A stretch of 64,000 bases of DNA from Octopus sinensis (taxonomy: Eukaryota): contig NC_042999.1 of assembly GCF_006345805.1 (NCBI RefSeq), positions 171,678,001 to 171,742,000 on the forward strand, read 5' to 3'. The translations under genes were made by a program, and so were the position numbers. The notes under the pieces were generated by a model, which was not told the origin of the DNA, made no database searches, and saw only the letters and a program-made list of their open reading frames with translations. Positions 11,121-23,851 of this stretch are shown here, piece after piece. Positions within the stretch are counted from its first letter, which is position 1. Each line of letters begins with the position of its first letter.

Positions 11121-12030
11121 AAAAACATCACGCTTTTCTTTTTGTGGACTTGCAAAACCCTAAAACTTTCTATGAAAATCTGACTTTTCTTTGCTTCCTC
11201 CCAGAATATTCAAATATAAATGTAAACATATACTCTTTATTGTAAAAACACACCTGTTCTTCTAACTGGACATACAAACATCTCTAGAGGGGTCAACTTC
11301 AACCCCTACAATATTACCTTACACGAAATATACAAACACTTTTTATTGCAATAACACAAACCCACATGGAAAAAATAATGATGCTAAAATTCTCTCTGGT
11401 CGAACACAGCTTCTCTATTCACAAATAATACAGAACAGCCCTTCAAAATAAGCACGAAATATACAAACACTTTTTATTGCAATAACACAAACGCACATGG
11501 AAAAAATAATGATGCTAAGATTCGCTCTGGTCAAACACAGCTTCTCTATTCACAAATAATACAGAACAGCCCTTCAAAATAAGTTAAGAAAATTTACAAA
11601 TTTACATATCTACAGTTTTCAATCATACATTCGACCAGCTTTAAAAACTTTGATACCCACAATTGCCTCTGTAAACATCCTTTTCTCTTTTTTTTCTTCT
11701 CTCTAAAAACATCACGCTTTTCTTTTTGTGGACTTACAAAACCCTAAAACTTTCTATGAAAATCTGACTTTTCTTTGCTTCCACCCTGAATATTCAAATA
11801 TAAATGTAAACATATACTTTTTATTGTAAAAACACACCTGTTCTTCTAACTGGACATACAAACATCTCTAGAAAAGTCAACTTCAACCTCCACAATATTA
11901 CCTTACACGAAATATACAAACACTTTTTATTGCAATAACACAAACGCACATGGAAAAAAAATGATGATGCTAAGATTCTCTCTGGTCGAACACAACTTCT
12001 CTATTCACAAACAATACAGAACAGCCCTTC
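11121..12030. repeat. Tandem duplication (about 584-bp period, internal 130-bp duplication) of unclassified repeat X
   Basis: aaaacatcacgcttttc at 11122 and 11706; cacgaaatatacaaacac at about 11323, 11453 and 11906; related to 62705-63310. Confidence 0.85.
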
Positions 12031-12124
12031 CTTAATTTTTCTTAAGCCTAATAGTAGTAAACATCTGAACTTTTTTTGACCGATAGGACCCCACCTAAAA
12101 AAAATTTTTTTAAATATCACAGAT

Positions 12125-12484
12125 GGTGATGGTGATGATGATAATAATGATAGTAATAGTGCTGATAATCTATCTATCTATCTACACACACACACACACT
12201 CAAAGAGTTCAACCAACACAAAGAAAGTATTATTTGACAGGCAAGAACTCTGGTGTTGAAGACAGTCAGCCAGCCAACCACCAAGCCAGCCAACGAGACA
12301 GACAGACACTACTGTGATGGTGATAATGATAAAAAAACAAAAATAACAATAAGATACTGCTGTGACTACACATAAAACAATATCATTGATGATGATGGTG
12401 GTGATGGTGATGATGATAATGATGATGGTAATGGTGGTGATAATGATGATAGTGATGGTAATGGTGATGATAATAACAATAATA
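12125..12484. repeat. Degenerate (GAT/GGT/AAT)n low-complexity region
   Basis: Direct inspection. Confidence 0.8.
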
Positions 12485-15400
12485 AGCCGACTACGGCTGC
12501 TATAATGGTACGATTATAATTGTAACGGCAATGATGGCCGTCTCCCCACGAGCCAATCAAAGCTAAAAAATGATAACATTATCGTAGCACCAAAATGTTG
12601 TTGGAAACTAAAAGGAAAACTAAATCAGTATACCAAATCGCTTGTCCTATGGTTAATCTGGAAGCGCGTCCCCCAGGGAAGAGCCAGCCTGGGATCGAAA
12701 AGTCATCAACTGGCACAAACTCTTCTCCGAATACGGACATGGATGGTCACTTGAACGGGAAATCCCCCAACTCGAGCCCTCCAAGTTCATCACCACAACC
12801 ACCACAGAAAGAAAAATGTAAGCGGAACAAATGGACCCGAGAAGAGTATAAAGAAGTAATATACGCTTATTACTATGCATTAGGTAGGCCATCTCAAGAG
12901 ACACACACCGCAAAATCTTACAGTATATGGAGAACACGGAATCAAGACAGTAGGCCCTATTTGGACGAGAACAAATTAGCAAATGTGAGGAGGGATATCC
13001 TTAGAAATAACAGACTCACAGACAGTGAAATAAGCGCGATCAAGCACGCAACGGAAAATGACATAAATATAAGAAACAAAGGAAATGAAGAATCAGATGA
13101 ACAGTATAGCCCGCCACGAGGCTTAATTGAAAGACTGCCATCTGACCAAAGTACGCAAAGGCCTGAAGATACAAGAAATTCTATTGTACCTGTTAAAGAT
13201 AGCCAGGAAAACGAAAAAACAACAGTAACTGAAGATCTCGCATTTGCTGAAGAACACAGAGAGTCTATGGCAGAAATGAGCAGAAAATCCTGAATACGCT
13301 TGAAGTTGTAAGACATACAAGTATGAATGATAGAGAACCACTTCATAAACTCTCAAATACAAACCAAAATAAAAAACAAATCCAAATTGGCAACTATGTA
13401 ACAAATGAAATAATACGAGAATTAAAACCTGATTTTACTGAGTTAAATGAAATTATTTACGCTTCTGCTAGGGCAATTGAAACCAGCTGTATGCCCCCGA
13501 AAAAAAAAGAAAACAAAACCTGGGAAGAAATCAAACCTGGAGAAGTAAAATTGAAAAAGAGATTGAATTTATGAGAGGGGAAATATCAATATTAAATGAA
13601 CTAATATGTGGAAATGATGTAAGATCCAGAACAGGAAGAAAGATGAAGAGAAAATTTGGATCCTCACCAAGAGAAGAACTGATATCAATAAAAGAAACGC
13701 TGAAACAAAAAGTCCAAGCAAAAGCCCAAAGAATACGAAGATTTGAGAAGAGAAACAAGTTTTACAAGCAAAATAAGCTGTTCACATCCAATGCCAAAAA
13801 AATCTACAGAGAAATAGGGAAGGAGAAAGTAACCGTTAAAGACCCCCCTCCCATGGAAGAAGTTCAAAACTTTTGGAAAAGGATTTGGAGTGACAAGAAG
13901 ACGTACAACATAAATGCAGACTGGATTATACAAACTGAAGGATCCTACCAAAATTTACAGCAACAAGCATGGGAAGACATCACAATAGCAGACCTAAGAA
14001 AGGCACTCACGAAGGCCCATAATTGGAAATCCCCCGGTAAAGATAAGGTGCCGAATTTCTGGCTCGCATCGCTCCCATGCGCACACGGTAAGCTAGTTCA
14101 GCTGCTCAATGGAATTATGAGAGACCCAAAGAAAACACCTGAATGGTTAGCAAGTGGCATTACTTACCTACTCCCAAAGAATAACGAAACCAACCTTCCA
14201 AAAAACTATCGGCCTATAACTTGTCTATCCACCACGTATAAAATCCTAACATCTATCCTGGCGGAGAAAACATATGCATTCATGGAGAACGATATTTTCC
14301 CCATTGAACAAAAGGGTGCCGCCGAGGCTCTTACGGATGCAAAGATCAACTGCTAATCAATCGTATGATCCTTGAGAACTGTCACAACAAGCGCAGAAAT
14401 CACAGCACCGCATGGATTGACTATAAAAAGGCCTTCGACAGTATACCGCATCCATGGATCTTGAGATCGCTGGACATTTTCAAAATTTCCCCTGTGATTT
14501 CAAACTTCCTGAAGCACAATATGTCATTGTGGAATACGAATCTCCAATTATACCACTCTAATGGAGTACTTGCCTCAGAAAATATAAACATCAACTGTGG
14601 AATTTTTCAAGGTGACTCACTTTCACCTTTAATATTCTGCATAGCCCTAATACCCCTTACAAGTGAATTAAACAGAACAGGGTATGGGTATAAAATTGCC
14701 AATAAAAAAATAAGCCATCTATTTTATATGGATGACTTAAAACTTTATGGTAAAGACAATAATGAACTTGAAGGCCTATTGCGCACCGTGAAAGCATTCA
14801 GCGATGACATCGGGATGGAGTTTGGACTTGAGAAGTGTGCCAAGGCCACTTTCCAGAAAGGGAAAGTGAAGCACAAAATTCAGTCGTGTTAGATGTTGAC
14901 ACAGTCATAAGAGAGCTTGAGCAAGAACAAACATACAATATTTAGGGATACATGAAGGCTCTGTTATTCAGCATGCAAGCATGAAATAGAAAATCAGGAA
15001 GGAATGTTATAGGAGAGTTCGTGCAGTCCTGAAATCTGAACTAAATGCACGTAACAAGGTGTTAGCTATAAATTCCTTAGCAGTTCCAGTTGTTACTTAT
15101 AGCTACAATGTGTTGAACTGGAATATGAGTGAAGTAAAGAATATAGATAGGAAAATACGCAAGTTGCTGAGTTGTAATAGGATGCACCACCCAAAGGCAG
15201 ACGTAGATCGCCTTTACCTTCCCAGAGCCCAAGGAGGTCGAGGCCTGATCCAATTTGAACTAGCTTACAAAACAACCACAATTGGACTGGCCAAATATCT
15301 CGAAATATCGAATGACTGGATGCTAAAGCTCGTGGAAAATCACGAGAGACGAAAGAAGCTTCATTCTATCATCAAGGAAAGCAAAAAATTTGCTATTGAT

Positions 15401-16450
15401 CTCGTGCAGGATACCCAAACTGAACAACCCGAGGGAAGTACGGGAACTATTGTTGCAAAGAAGGTGAAAATGATGGCAAAGAAAAAAGCGCACGAGCAAT
15501 TGGCTGATAGGTGGGAGGAGAAACCTCTGCACGGCAAATATGTGACCCGCAGCAAACAAGCTGATGTTGACCAGAAGCAAACCCATCAGTGGCTACGGAG
15601 CTCAGGGCTAAAAGCAGAGAGCGAAGGTTTCATCCTGGCTGCTCAAGATCAAAGCCTATTAACCCGGAACTACCAGGCCAATGTGATGAAAATGGAGCAG
15701 ACCCCAAATGCCGATTCTGCAACGACATGATTGAAACAGTGGACCACCTAATCTCTGGATGTAAAGTCTTAGCACCAGTGGAGTATAAATTAAGACATGA
15801 CAGAGTTGGCCAATATCTCCACTGGCTAATAAGTCGGCATTACAATATCAAAACTGCCGACAAGTGGTATAATCACCACCCTGAAGCTGTAACTGAAGGA
15901 GAAAATGTAACCATTCTGTGGGACTTTCCAGTACATACAGACCGAACCATCAAGGCCAATAAACCAGATTTTGTTGTGAAAGACCAAAACAATGAAGTTT
16001 GCTTATTGATCGACATGAGCATCCCCTGTGATCATAATATCTCAGCGAAAGAGTTTGAAAAACTCAGAAAATATAAAGACCTACTCATTGAAATTGAGAA
16101 AATGTGGCATCTCAAGGCGGTTACAATACCAGTGATCGTAGGAGCACTAGGAATGATCAAGAAGGGAACCGAAAATTATATGAGAATGATCCCTGGCTTA
16201 CCATCCCTGCAAGAAGTGCAAAAGATTGTCTTAACTGGTAAATCACACGTATTGAGAAGAGCATTGTCGATGTGAGAACTGTTGCTGCTCATGTATTTTA
16301 ATTTAACTTTAAAAAAAAAAAAAAATGAACGAACTAATGAGTTTGGTTTAATGGCCTACCAATGAATACTATGAGTTTCTTTGCCCTAGGAGTCGGGAAG
16401 ACACTCGGCAAGAAATGGAAGCAAATTTGAAAGAAGAAGAAAAAAAAGTA
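12484..16450 (+). mobile_element. Near full-length R4/Dong-clade RLE non-LTR retrotransposon
   Basis: N-terminal RNKWTREEY domain; RT NYRPITCL, IDYKKAFDS, GIFQGDSLSP, YMDD; CCHC CRFC..ETVDHLISGC; RHD; RLE KPD..D; (TAA)n at both ends. Confidence 0.95.
12595..16275 (+). pseudogene. Single RT-ZnF-RLE ORF broken by about six 1-bp frameshifts and one nonsense codon
   Basis: Track ORFs 12595-13293, 13323-13574, 13571-14356, 14365-14892, 15059-15730 and 15589-16275 join into one R4-type polyprotein. Confidence 0.9.
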
Positions 16451-16476
16451 TTAATAATAATAATAATATAATAATA

Positions 16477-16547
<71 letters not shown>

Positions 16548-16566
16548 ATAATAATAATAATAATAA
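16450..16566. repeat. (TAA)n microsatellite / element tail
   Basis: Direct inspection. Confidence 0.95.
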
Positions 16567-17122
16567 ATGCCCTGATGCAGTACCAGGCAGTGGCTCTCAT
16601 GGCTTCTGATCTTAACTGATTGGAAGTGTTATCATGTACATTGTTTTGTCTTGGTATAAAAGATGGGCTACTGCAAATATTCTGCTCAATACTACAGATT
16701 TGCTTGTCAGTTGTTTGACCTTAACCAGTTGAGCATGTCCCTTAGTGGCTGACGATATGTGCATCTCTGATCACGAGCATAAGTAGTGGGGGAGCATCAT
16801 AGCCATGTGTTGAGAGGGATTCTTTGGGGTTTGAATAATTCACCTCTGGAAACATGGGTGGTTCTTTCAACATCCTTAAACAACCCATATTCAGAGACCT
16901 TTTGAGCGGGATGGGCTACTCAACCTGAAGAAAATACTAACTGGGCCCCACCTGCAAGGTCATGTGCTGTTTATCTTGATATGAGATCACCATGTCGCGC
17001 ACATATGGTTGTGATGCATGTGCCTGGTGTACCTTTATCAGACGGGTGGTCATGATGGGTATATTGGGCTTCGTATATTTTACCCCAGTGTCACTTTGAT
17101 GGCATGCACTGCTCTCTCACTC
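16567..17122. mobile_element. About 555-bp non-coding interspersed repeat bounded by (TAA)n on both sides
   Basis: Sharp boundaries against TAA tracts, higher GC than flanks, no long ORF; I recall it as a common Octopus repeat (unverified). Confidence 0.6.
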
Positions 17123-17135
17123 AATAATAATAATA

Positions 17136-17199
<64 letters not shown>

Positions 17200-17221
17200 T
17201 AATAATAATAATAATAATAAG

Positions 17222-17385
17222 GGCAACAATTCAGTCGTGCTTGTCTGTTTGTCCGTGGATAAGATATCTGAAGAATCGCTAAATAGATTCGGATGAAAAT
17301 TTCAGGGATGTTTGGCCTCGTGACTGGAACGATCTAATTAGATTTTGGGATCAATCCGGTACCGGACAAGGATTTAGGATTTAAA
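17222..17385 (+). mobile_element. Fragment of putative Helitron/DINE-like non-autonomous element
   Basis: tgtctgtttgtccgtgg..gattcggatgaaaatttcaggg motif typical of such elements. Confidence 0.35.
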
Positions 17386-18245
17386 TGAAAAATCACACAA
17401 GAAAAAGAATATGTAAAGTCAGTTTGCGAGAGATGCGAAAGCGAAGACAGATACAAAGGACCAGTGGCAATGGATGAAGAGGAGTAACATGAAGTTAAAG
17501 AGAGAAGTACTCATATGCATAGTTCAGAAACAGGCGTTAAGGATCAATTATATGAAGTGCAAAATAGACAACACTGCCAATAGCGACAAATTCGCAATGT
17601 ATGGTGAGAGGCGTGAAATGGTGTGGCACATCGTTAGCGAATCCCGACATTGGTACAACGTGGATATAAAAGACGCCATGTCAATGTGGCAAGAATGACC
17701 CATTGAGAGCTCTGTGGAAACCACGGCTTACACAGAGCAAAGAAGTAGTATGAGAAAACTCCAGAAGGAGTCACCGAAAATGAGAATCGCAAAATCCTGT
17801 GGGATGCAATGATCCAGTGTGATCACCTGACTAGACATCGGAAAACGATATTGCTGTGGTGAATAAAAAGAATGAACATGCATGATAATCGATATAGCAT
17901 GCCTCAGTGACAACAGGGTTAATCTAAAAGAAGAAGAAGCAAAACTAAACAACTATGACGATTTAAAGTGGGAAATACGAATATTGTGGTCAGTGAAGTG
18001 AGCAGACGTGATACCAATAGTAATTGTTGCACTTGGAAGTATCAGCACTCATCTACCAACATGGCTGAAAAAGATCAGCGCAAGTGTGAAGGTAGAACAC
18101 CAACAAGAATCAGCATTGCTTGGAACTACAAGAATTCTTTGCTGGGTTCTTGAAGCATGACCAGTAAACAATTATCACCTTTGTCTGCTGGCTGTGGACA
18201 GCTGACACTTTCCCTCATACCCAGCAATATAAGCTGTGAGTTTTC
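17386..18245 (+). mobile_element. Older R4/Dong-like LINE 3' fragment
   Basis: QWQWMKRSNMK..QKQALRINYMKCKID..EMVWHIVSE, ILWD, RLE remnants; many stops. Confidence 0.8.
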
Positions 18246-20399
18246 ATGTAATGGTAATGATGATTATGATTACGATAATCATAAAATTATTTTAAAGAGC
18301 TGATGGATTTTGGCCTCCCAGATTTATGCAATATGACACGTGATTCTTTATAGAAGGAACACAAACAAGTGTTCTTTCAAATAATTAGCATAAAACAGAA
18401 ATATCTGAATGTCAAGTCCGAACGAAAATCTAAATGTAAAGTGATGCTTGACAAAAAACGTTATCCTTCAGCGTTATGTGAACTGTACACAGCAACACTC
18501 TACCAAGGGTACACACACGATTCGAGGTATGGAGAATTACATATACGTAAAGAAATTTCCATGCAAGTGGTTCACTGTAGTTTACAGCAAATCGAAAATA
18601 AACGCAAAGAAATATAAACAAAAAGATATAGACCATAGAAACTCGCAGCAAAATACATGTGTTCGTGAAAAACATACCCTCAGCCATATAACATCAACAG
18701 AATAAAATCATACACCGCAATTGATTCCCTCGAGATGATGGAGCAGTCCATTTGAAACAATAAAATCGCAACATGAGCGCCACTAGATATACTTTAACTA
18801 TTGTGGTTTAATTGTCTTTAGCAGCTATTCATATACTTTTAAACACTATCTCTTTAACTGATGCGTATTAAAATTTGGTAGCAAATATTTTTCTCAAACG
18901 CGCACCTATTTCTGCTTATCCTCCTTTGTTTTACACAATTTAATGCAGTAGATTAAATTGATTATTAACCACATTAATCATAGACAAAATGACCTTATAC
19001 CACATCTAGTCGACATGAGACAAAATATTGTTTTCAGTTTTCAAATAACAAATTTACAATAATTATTACATTGTATTTTGAAACAACAGTCCTATTAATA
19101 TAAAGTTGTAATGTTCATATATTTCAATTATCATGACAGACTCATTGACCTTAAGTCAATATAAGAAGATGATGAAATCGTACCGGTTGACATATCCTCT
19201 ATTCATATTCAAGTTGTACTTTGCACATTTTATGTATATGATCAACATTTAAAGATTATTTATTGCGTCACGGGTTACGTCTGTAAAAGATATCAGCTTA
19301 AAATTATAATTCATGTACTCTTTGAATAAATATACAAAATATAAATAACATTATTAACTTATGCTTTAGTACTTCATAATAAACACCAATCCGATATTTA
19401 GCACTCATTGATATTAAACCTGTGGTAAAATATGTTGGAATTACGTTGAAATATAATTGTGATTCACGTATATTGATTTATCTGACGGTACAATATTTCC
19501 TTATACCTCGCACAAAAGGAAATGGCAATACTTATCCCACGGTCCTGAGAGACGTAATTATAATGACAAAGACTTTCATAATAATAGCTTGCATTGACTG
19601 AAAGTTGCAGTTATACGCATTGGTTCCGGTTGTGCATTGATTTAAGAAGAGCTGTAGACTTTAAGAGGAGTTAAAAAAACAACTGAGTTAGTATAAAGAA
19701 AGTAAATTTAAAGGTATATCTTTCTTGCTTTAGTGATATAAATCTTACCTATATTAAGGAAAATATATTGTTGGACGTGGTTTTCTCGTTGTCATTTGTG
19801 TTTTGGTGCTACATAGGATTTCGTTTTAGCTTTGGTATGATTTTTGTATGTTGTTGTTAGAGTTGTTGTTGGCCATGATGATAGTGCTTATGATTGTGAT
19901 GGAACTTATTTTTAGGGCTGTATATTCTCATACAATTGCGGTTATGTATCTTTGAGTCAATCGTCATCAAACAGGTCTGTGTTTAAATGCATTTTACTTA
20001 CAGTCGTGTATATTTTTCAGGTAATGTATATTCGGGAGTAGGTGTTTTAGCATATTTTCTCAGATGGTACGGTGTTATATGAAAGATTTTAGGCTGCTAT
20101 TTTTAGCATAACAAGTGTTCAGATTAAGTGTTACTCATTGAGCAATACCGATGTGGTAACCATTAAACATAAAATCCGGTTTAGCATAAGTAATTAGGGA
20201 ACAGAAGTATTTGTGGAATAGCCTACCTACAAGTTTAGCTGTTAGATTTAACATTGATCGATCTTTTCGATATTTACTTCTTAAGCAATTCGCTAATAGC
20301 CATGCGTTCTATAAAAGTTTTATAGAAAGCATTTAAAGCTAGAGCTCTATAGAATATTTTCACTCTGCATTAGCTGCGATTAACGACAAGATATTACCC

Positions 20400-20640
20400 A
20401 CCAATGCTACACACGATTCTGCACAACAATCCAATTGTCTCATCAAGTGTACAAGTTCTCTAAAAGGTAAATGTCTATAAAATGTGTTGTATAATGCAAC
20501 AAGGTTTCCGCCAATATCAACAATGGTTCAAACCGGTATATAGACATATATATTTCAACGAAAAAAACTTTTCCTTCTTGATATAAGTAATACTCACACA
20601 CACTTCGCGGGCGAGAGCTTATTTAATCATGAGGATGTAT
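20400..20640 (+). mobile_element. Highly degenerate PLE GIY-YIG remnant
   Basis: NCLIKCTSSLKGKCL*NVLYNAT..NRYI resembles the PLE Cys-linker/VY..YIG region. Confidence 0.4.
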
Positions 20641-21761
20641 AAACGTCAAAAACTTAAATCCTGATAAGTTTGAAACACAAACTTATATCAAACTTCAACA
20701 TTGACAGGTTGATAAGTCTGTCTCAACACATAGACACGCCGCGTTTACCTACTCATCAGACTTCTATATACAAGTTTTTGATTTTGAAATAAAAGCTGAG
20801 CCTATGTAAAATTGGTTTTTCCAACTAGATCACCGTACTACTCTCACAAATTCTCTTTAGACACTTATAAATTGATGTGCAGCAAATTCCGTTATATCTG
20901 TGTGTGAGTTTGATTGTTTCTTTGTTTGTTTAAGTGTCTGTGTGTATGTGTCTGTGTATGTGTTCTTGTGTATGTGTGGGGCGTGTATCAAAATTCAGTG
21001 TAGAAAATTGCAAGTACATTAGATTATAGGCGCGATCTATGTATCATACTAAATGTATACACATCTGTAGAAAGACTGATGCACAATGAATTTTCTGAGA
21101 TAAAATCTTGTCATAAGACTTGTGATATGTACGTAATATATATCCTTTAAGTGACTCACGAGATCGACGGATGTATTGCGCATTTCCTGCTTCTTATAAG
21201 TAACATGTATCCGATTGCTACCTGCTCAGACAAACTTCGCTGCCCATATAGAGAAGACAGTGAATAAAACAATTCACTTCCGCACATCAAGAATTTCTAG
21301 CGTTCGGCCAGCTTCTGCAAATCCGATGAATGCTTTATTCACTATAATTGTGTTAGTGCAGTGTGTATGTGCTCCTGTTCTGTTCTGTGGTGTGTGTGAG
21401 TGTGAGTGCGTCATGCGTGCGTGCCAGCAGTCCAATCAGTTGTATCATACAATTTATTCTTAAATATTTTTACTATGAATATTTGTAAATAGTTAATGTA
21501 GAGATTTGATCAGACTTGGCCTTAAAACTTAACGAAATCTGACATTTAAGTCATAAATATCTCTTTAACAATTTATAAAAGAAATTATTATATAAAATTA
21601 AATGAAGTTGGTAAAAAATAATCTCCTCATATAAAATATTAAACAACAGCAATACACAGAAAGACAAGAATTTAAGTAATGACTTCCACATATTATTTCA
21701 AAGTTTCTCTATCAGGAAGCCACAAAATCTAACATGTACAAATAACAATATACAAGATAAC

Positions 21762-21915
21762 TAGAAGACGGCGGATTGGCTGAATCTTTAGCACGACGAG
21801 AAAACTGATTAACTGCATTTCGTCCGTCTTTACCTTCTGAGTTCAAATACCGCCGAAATTGACTTTGCTTTTAATCCTCGCAGGGTCGATAAAACAAATA
21901 CCAATATAAGGGGAT
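21762..21915 (+). mobile_element. SINE family A
   Basis: gacggcggattggctgaatctttagc..ctgagttcaaataccgcc. Confidence 0.75.
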
Positions 21916-21949
21916 TTCAGTTTCCGACTACCAAATATACTCACGACTA

Positions 21950-22058
21950 TTTGGTCTGGACTATAGTAGAAGACACTTACGCAAGTGTGCCACGCAGTAG
22001 AACTGAACTCGAGCATGTGTAAAGTAAGCTTCTTCCTATACGAGCTCACCTGCGCCTG
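21950..22058 (-). mobile_element. SINE family B, 5' part
   Basis: Reverse complement of aggcgcagg..ccactgcgtggca..aagtgtcttctactatag. Confidence 0.7.
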
Positions 22059-22854
22059 ATGAATTTCTTTTATCAAATCATAACTACACTGATTTTCATA
22101 AATAATATCAAATATTATGTTGCAAAGAGTGGTAATATTTCTTTCTTAAGTGAAATGAAACATTTTGAAGCATATTTAGGCTTTTGAAAATTAGAAGTAT
22201 CACTTTCGTTTCTATTACATTAGACTTAGGTGCGCATATAGTCTCGTCTTTTTATTTTTATTTGCAATATTCACCAATTGCTACATTGAAAACATTTCAT
22301 ACAGCCCTTTTTTAAAACTTCGGCGTGACATAAAAGAATAGTATGAACAATGGTAATTCATTAACCATGACATTATATTTTCATGCCTCAACACACAATA
22401 TATACGAGTATATTTTTCATGGGAAGAACTTAAAGATTTTTCCTTTAATTATATTTTCATTCTTTGTATTGAATAGAATTCGTGCATTGACAGGTTTCAA
22501 TTACTTGAAATAAAAACAAACTGTATAAGATCATTGACTCTGCATTACCGTACGATAAAAGAGTGGATATCAAGAAAATTGAAAATATGCAATAAGAGAA
22601 TTTAACTAAAGACACTATAGAAAATTAATACGATAATTATTCCTGTGGTAATCGGTACACCAGGCAAAAGGAACAATATCCCAAAATGCTACCAATGAGG
22701 CAGAACAATATTAGAATTCAGAATCGCATTGTCAACATGCAAAAATGTGTAGTCTTCGTTTCTTCCAAGAAAAAATATTTGAGGAGAGATGTTTTTACCA
22801 AAACACGAAATAATAATGATTTCAAATTGTGGCACAAGACCAGCAAATTTGAGG

Positions 22855-23032
22855 GACGGTATAAATCGACTGCATCGACAACAGTACTTAACTAATACTT
22901 ATTTTATCGACTGCGAAAGGATGATAGGCAAAGTCGACCTTAGAGGAATTAGAACTAAGAACATGAAGATGGGCGAAACGCCGCGACGCATTTTGCCCGG
23001 CGTGATAACAATTCTGCCTGATCACCGCCTTA

Positions 23033-23116
<84 letters not shown>

Positions 23117-23517
23117 CCTTTCTACTATATAGTAACAATTGTAGAAAGGATTTGTAGGTGGGGGCTTATCGATTACTTCGACCCGTGTTTCACTGGTACT
23201 TCATTTATGGATCTCGAAATAATGAAATGCAAAGTGGATCTCGGCGGAATTTGAATTCAGAACGTAACGGCAGACGAAATACCTATTTCTTTACTACCCA
23301 CAACGGGCTGAACTCAGAGACGACAAACAAGGACAGACAAACGGATTAAGTCGATTACATCGACCACAGTGCGTAACTGGTACTTATTTAATCGACCCCG
23401 AAAACATGAAAGGCAAAGTCGACCTCGGCGGAATTTGAACTCAGAACGTAACGGTAGACGAAATACCGCTAAGCATTTCGTCCAGCGTGCTAATGATTCT
23501 ACCAGCTCGCCACCTTT

Positions 23518-23518
<1 letters not shown>
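22855..23518 (-). mobile_element. Three consecutive SINE family A copies (22855-23035, 23115-23283, 23284-23518) with (TAA)n at 23033-23113
   Basis: Each contains the reverse complement of gttctgagttcaaattccgccgaggtcgactttgcctttcat. Confidence 0.85.
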
Positions 23519-23563
<45 letters not shown>

Positions 23564-23583
23564 TAATAATAATAATGATGATG

Positions 23584-23623
<40 letters not shown>

Positions 23624-23625
<2 letters not shown>

Positions 23626-23792
23626 TACAGAAAATTGCACTACTAGGCACTGCACACATCCTACGCAGAACACTTTCCATACAATAACCATCAGAGCATC
23701 ACAACAAATCACAGCACATACCCAAGGCACACAGAGCTGCGCTCGGTAGTGAAGTGAAAGCACGCTATAAAAATAAAAATAAAACTACTGAA
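23624..23792 (+). mobile_element. Severely 5'-truncated R4/Dong-like copy (subfamily 3) within (TAA)n
   Basis: Near-identical to 10935-11098. Confidence 0.92.
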
Positions 23793-23808
23793 TAATAAAA
23801 AAAAAAAA

Positions 23809-23849
<41 letters not shown>

Positions 23850-23851
<2 letters not shown>

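Noticed and set aside
11121-12030. Repeats as a CRISPR-like array
   Set aside because: Eukaryotic context, long units, no repeat-spacer structure or cas genes
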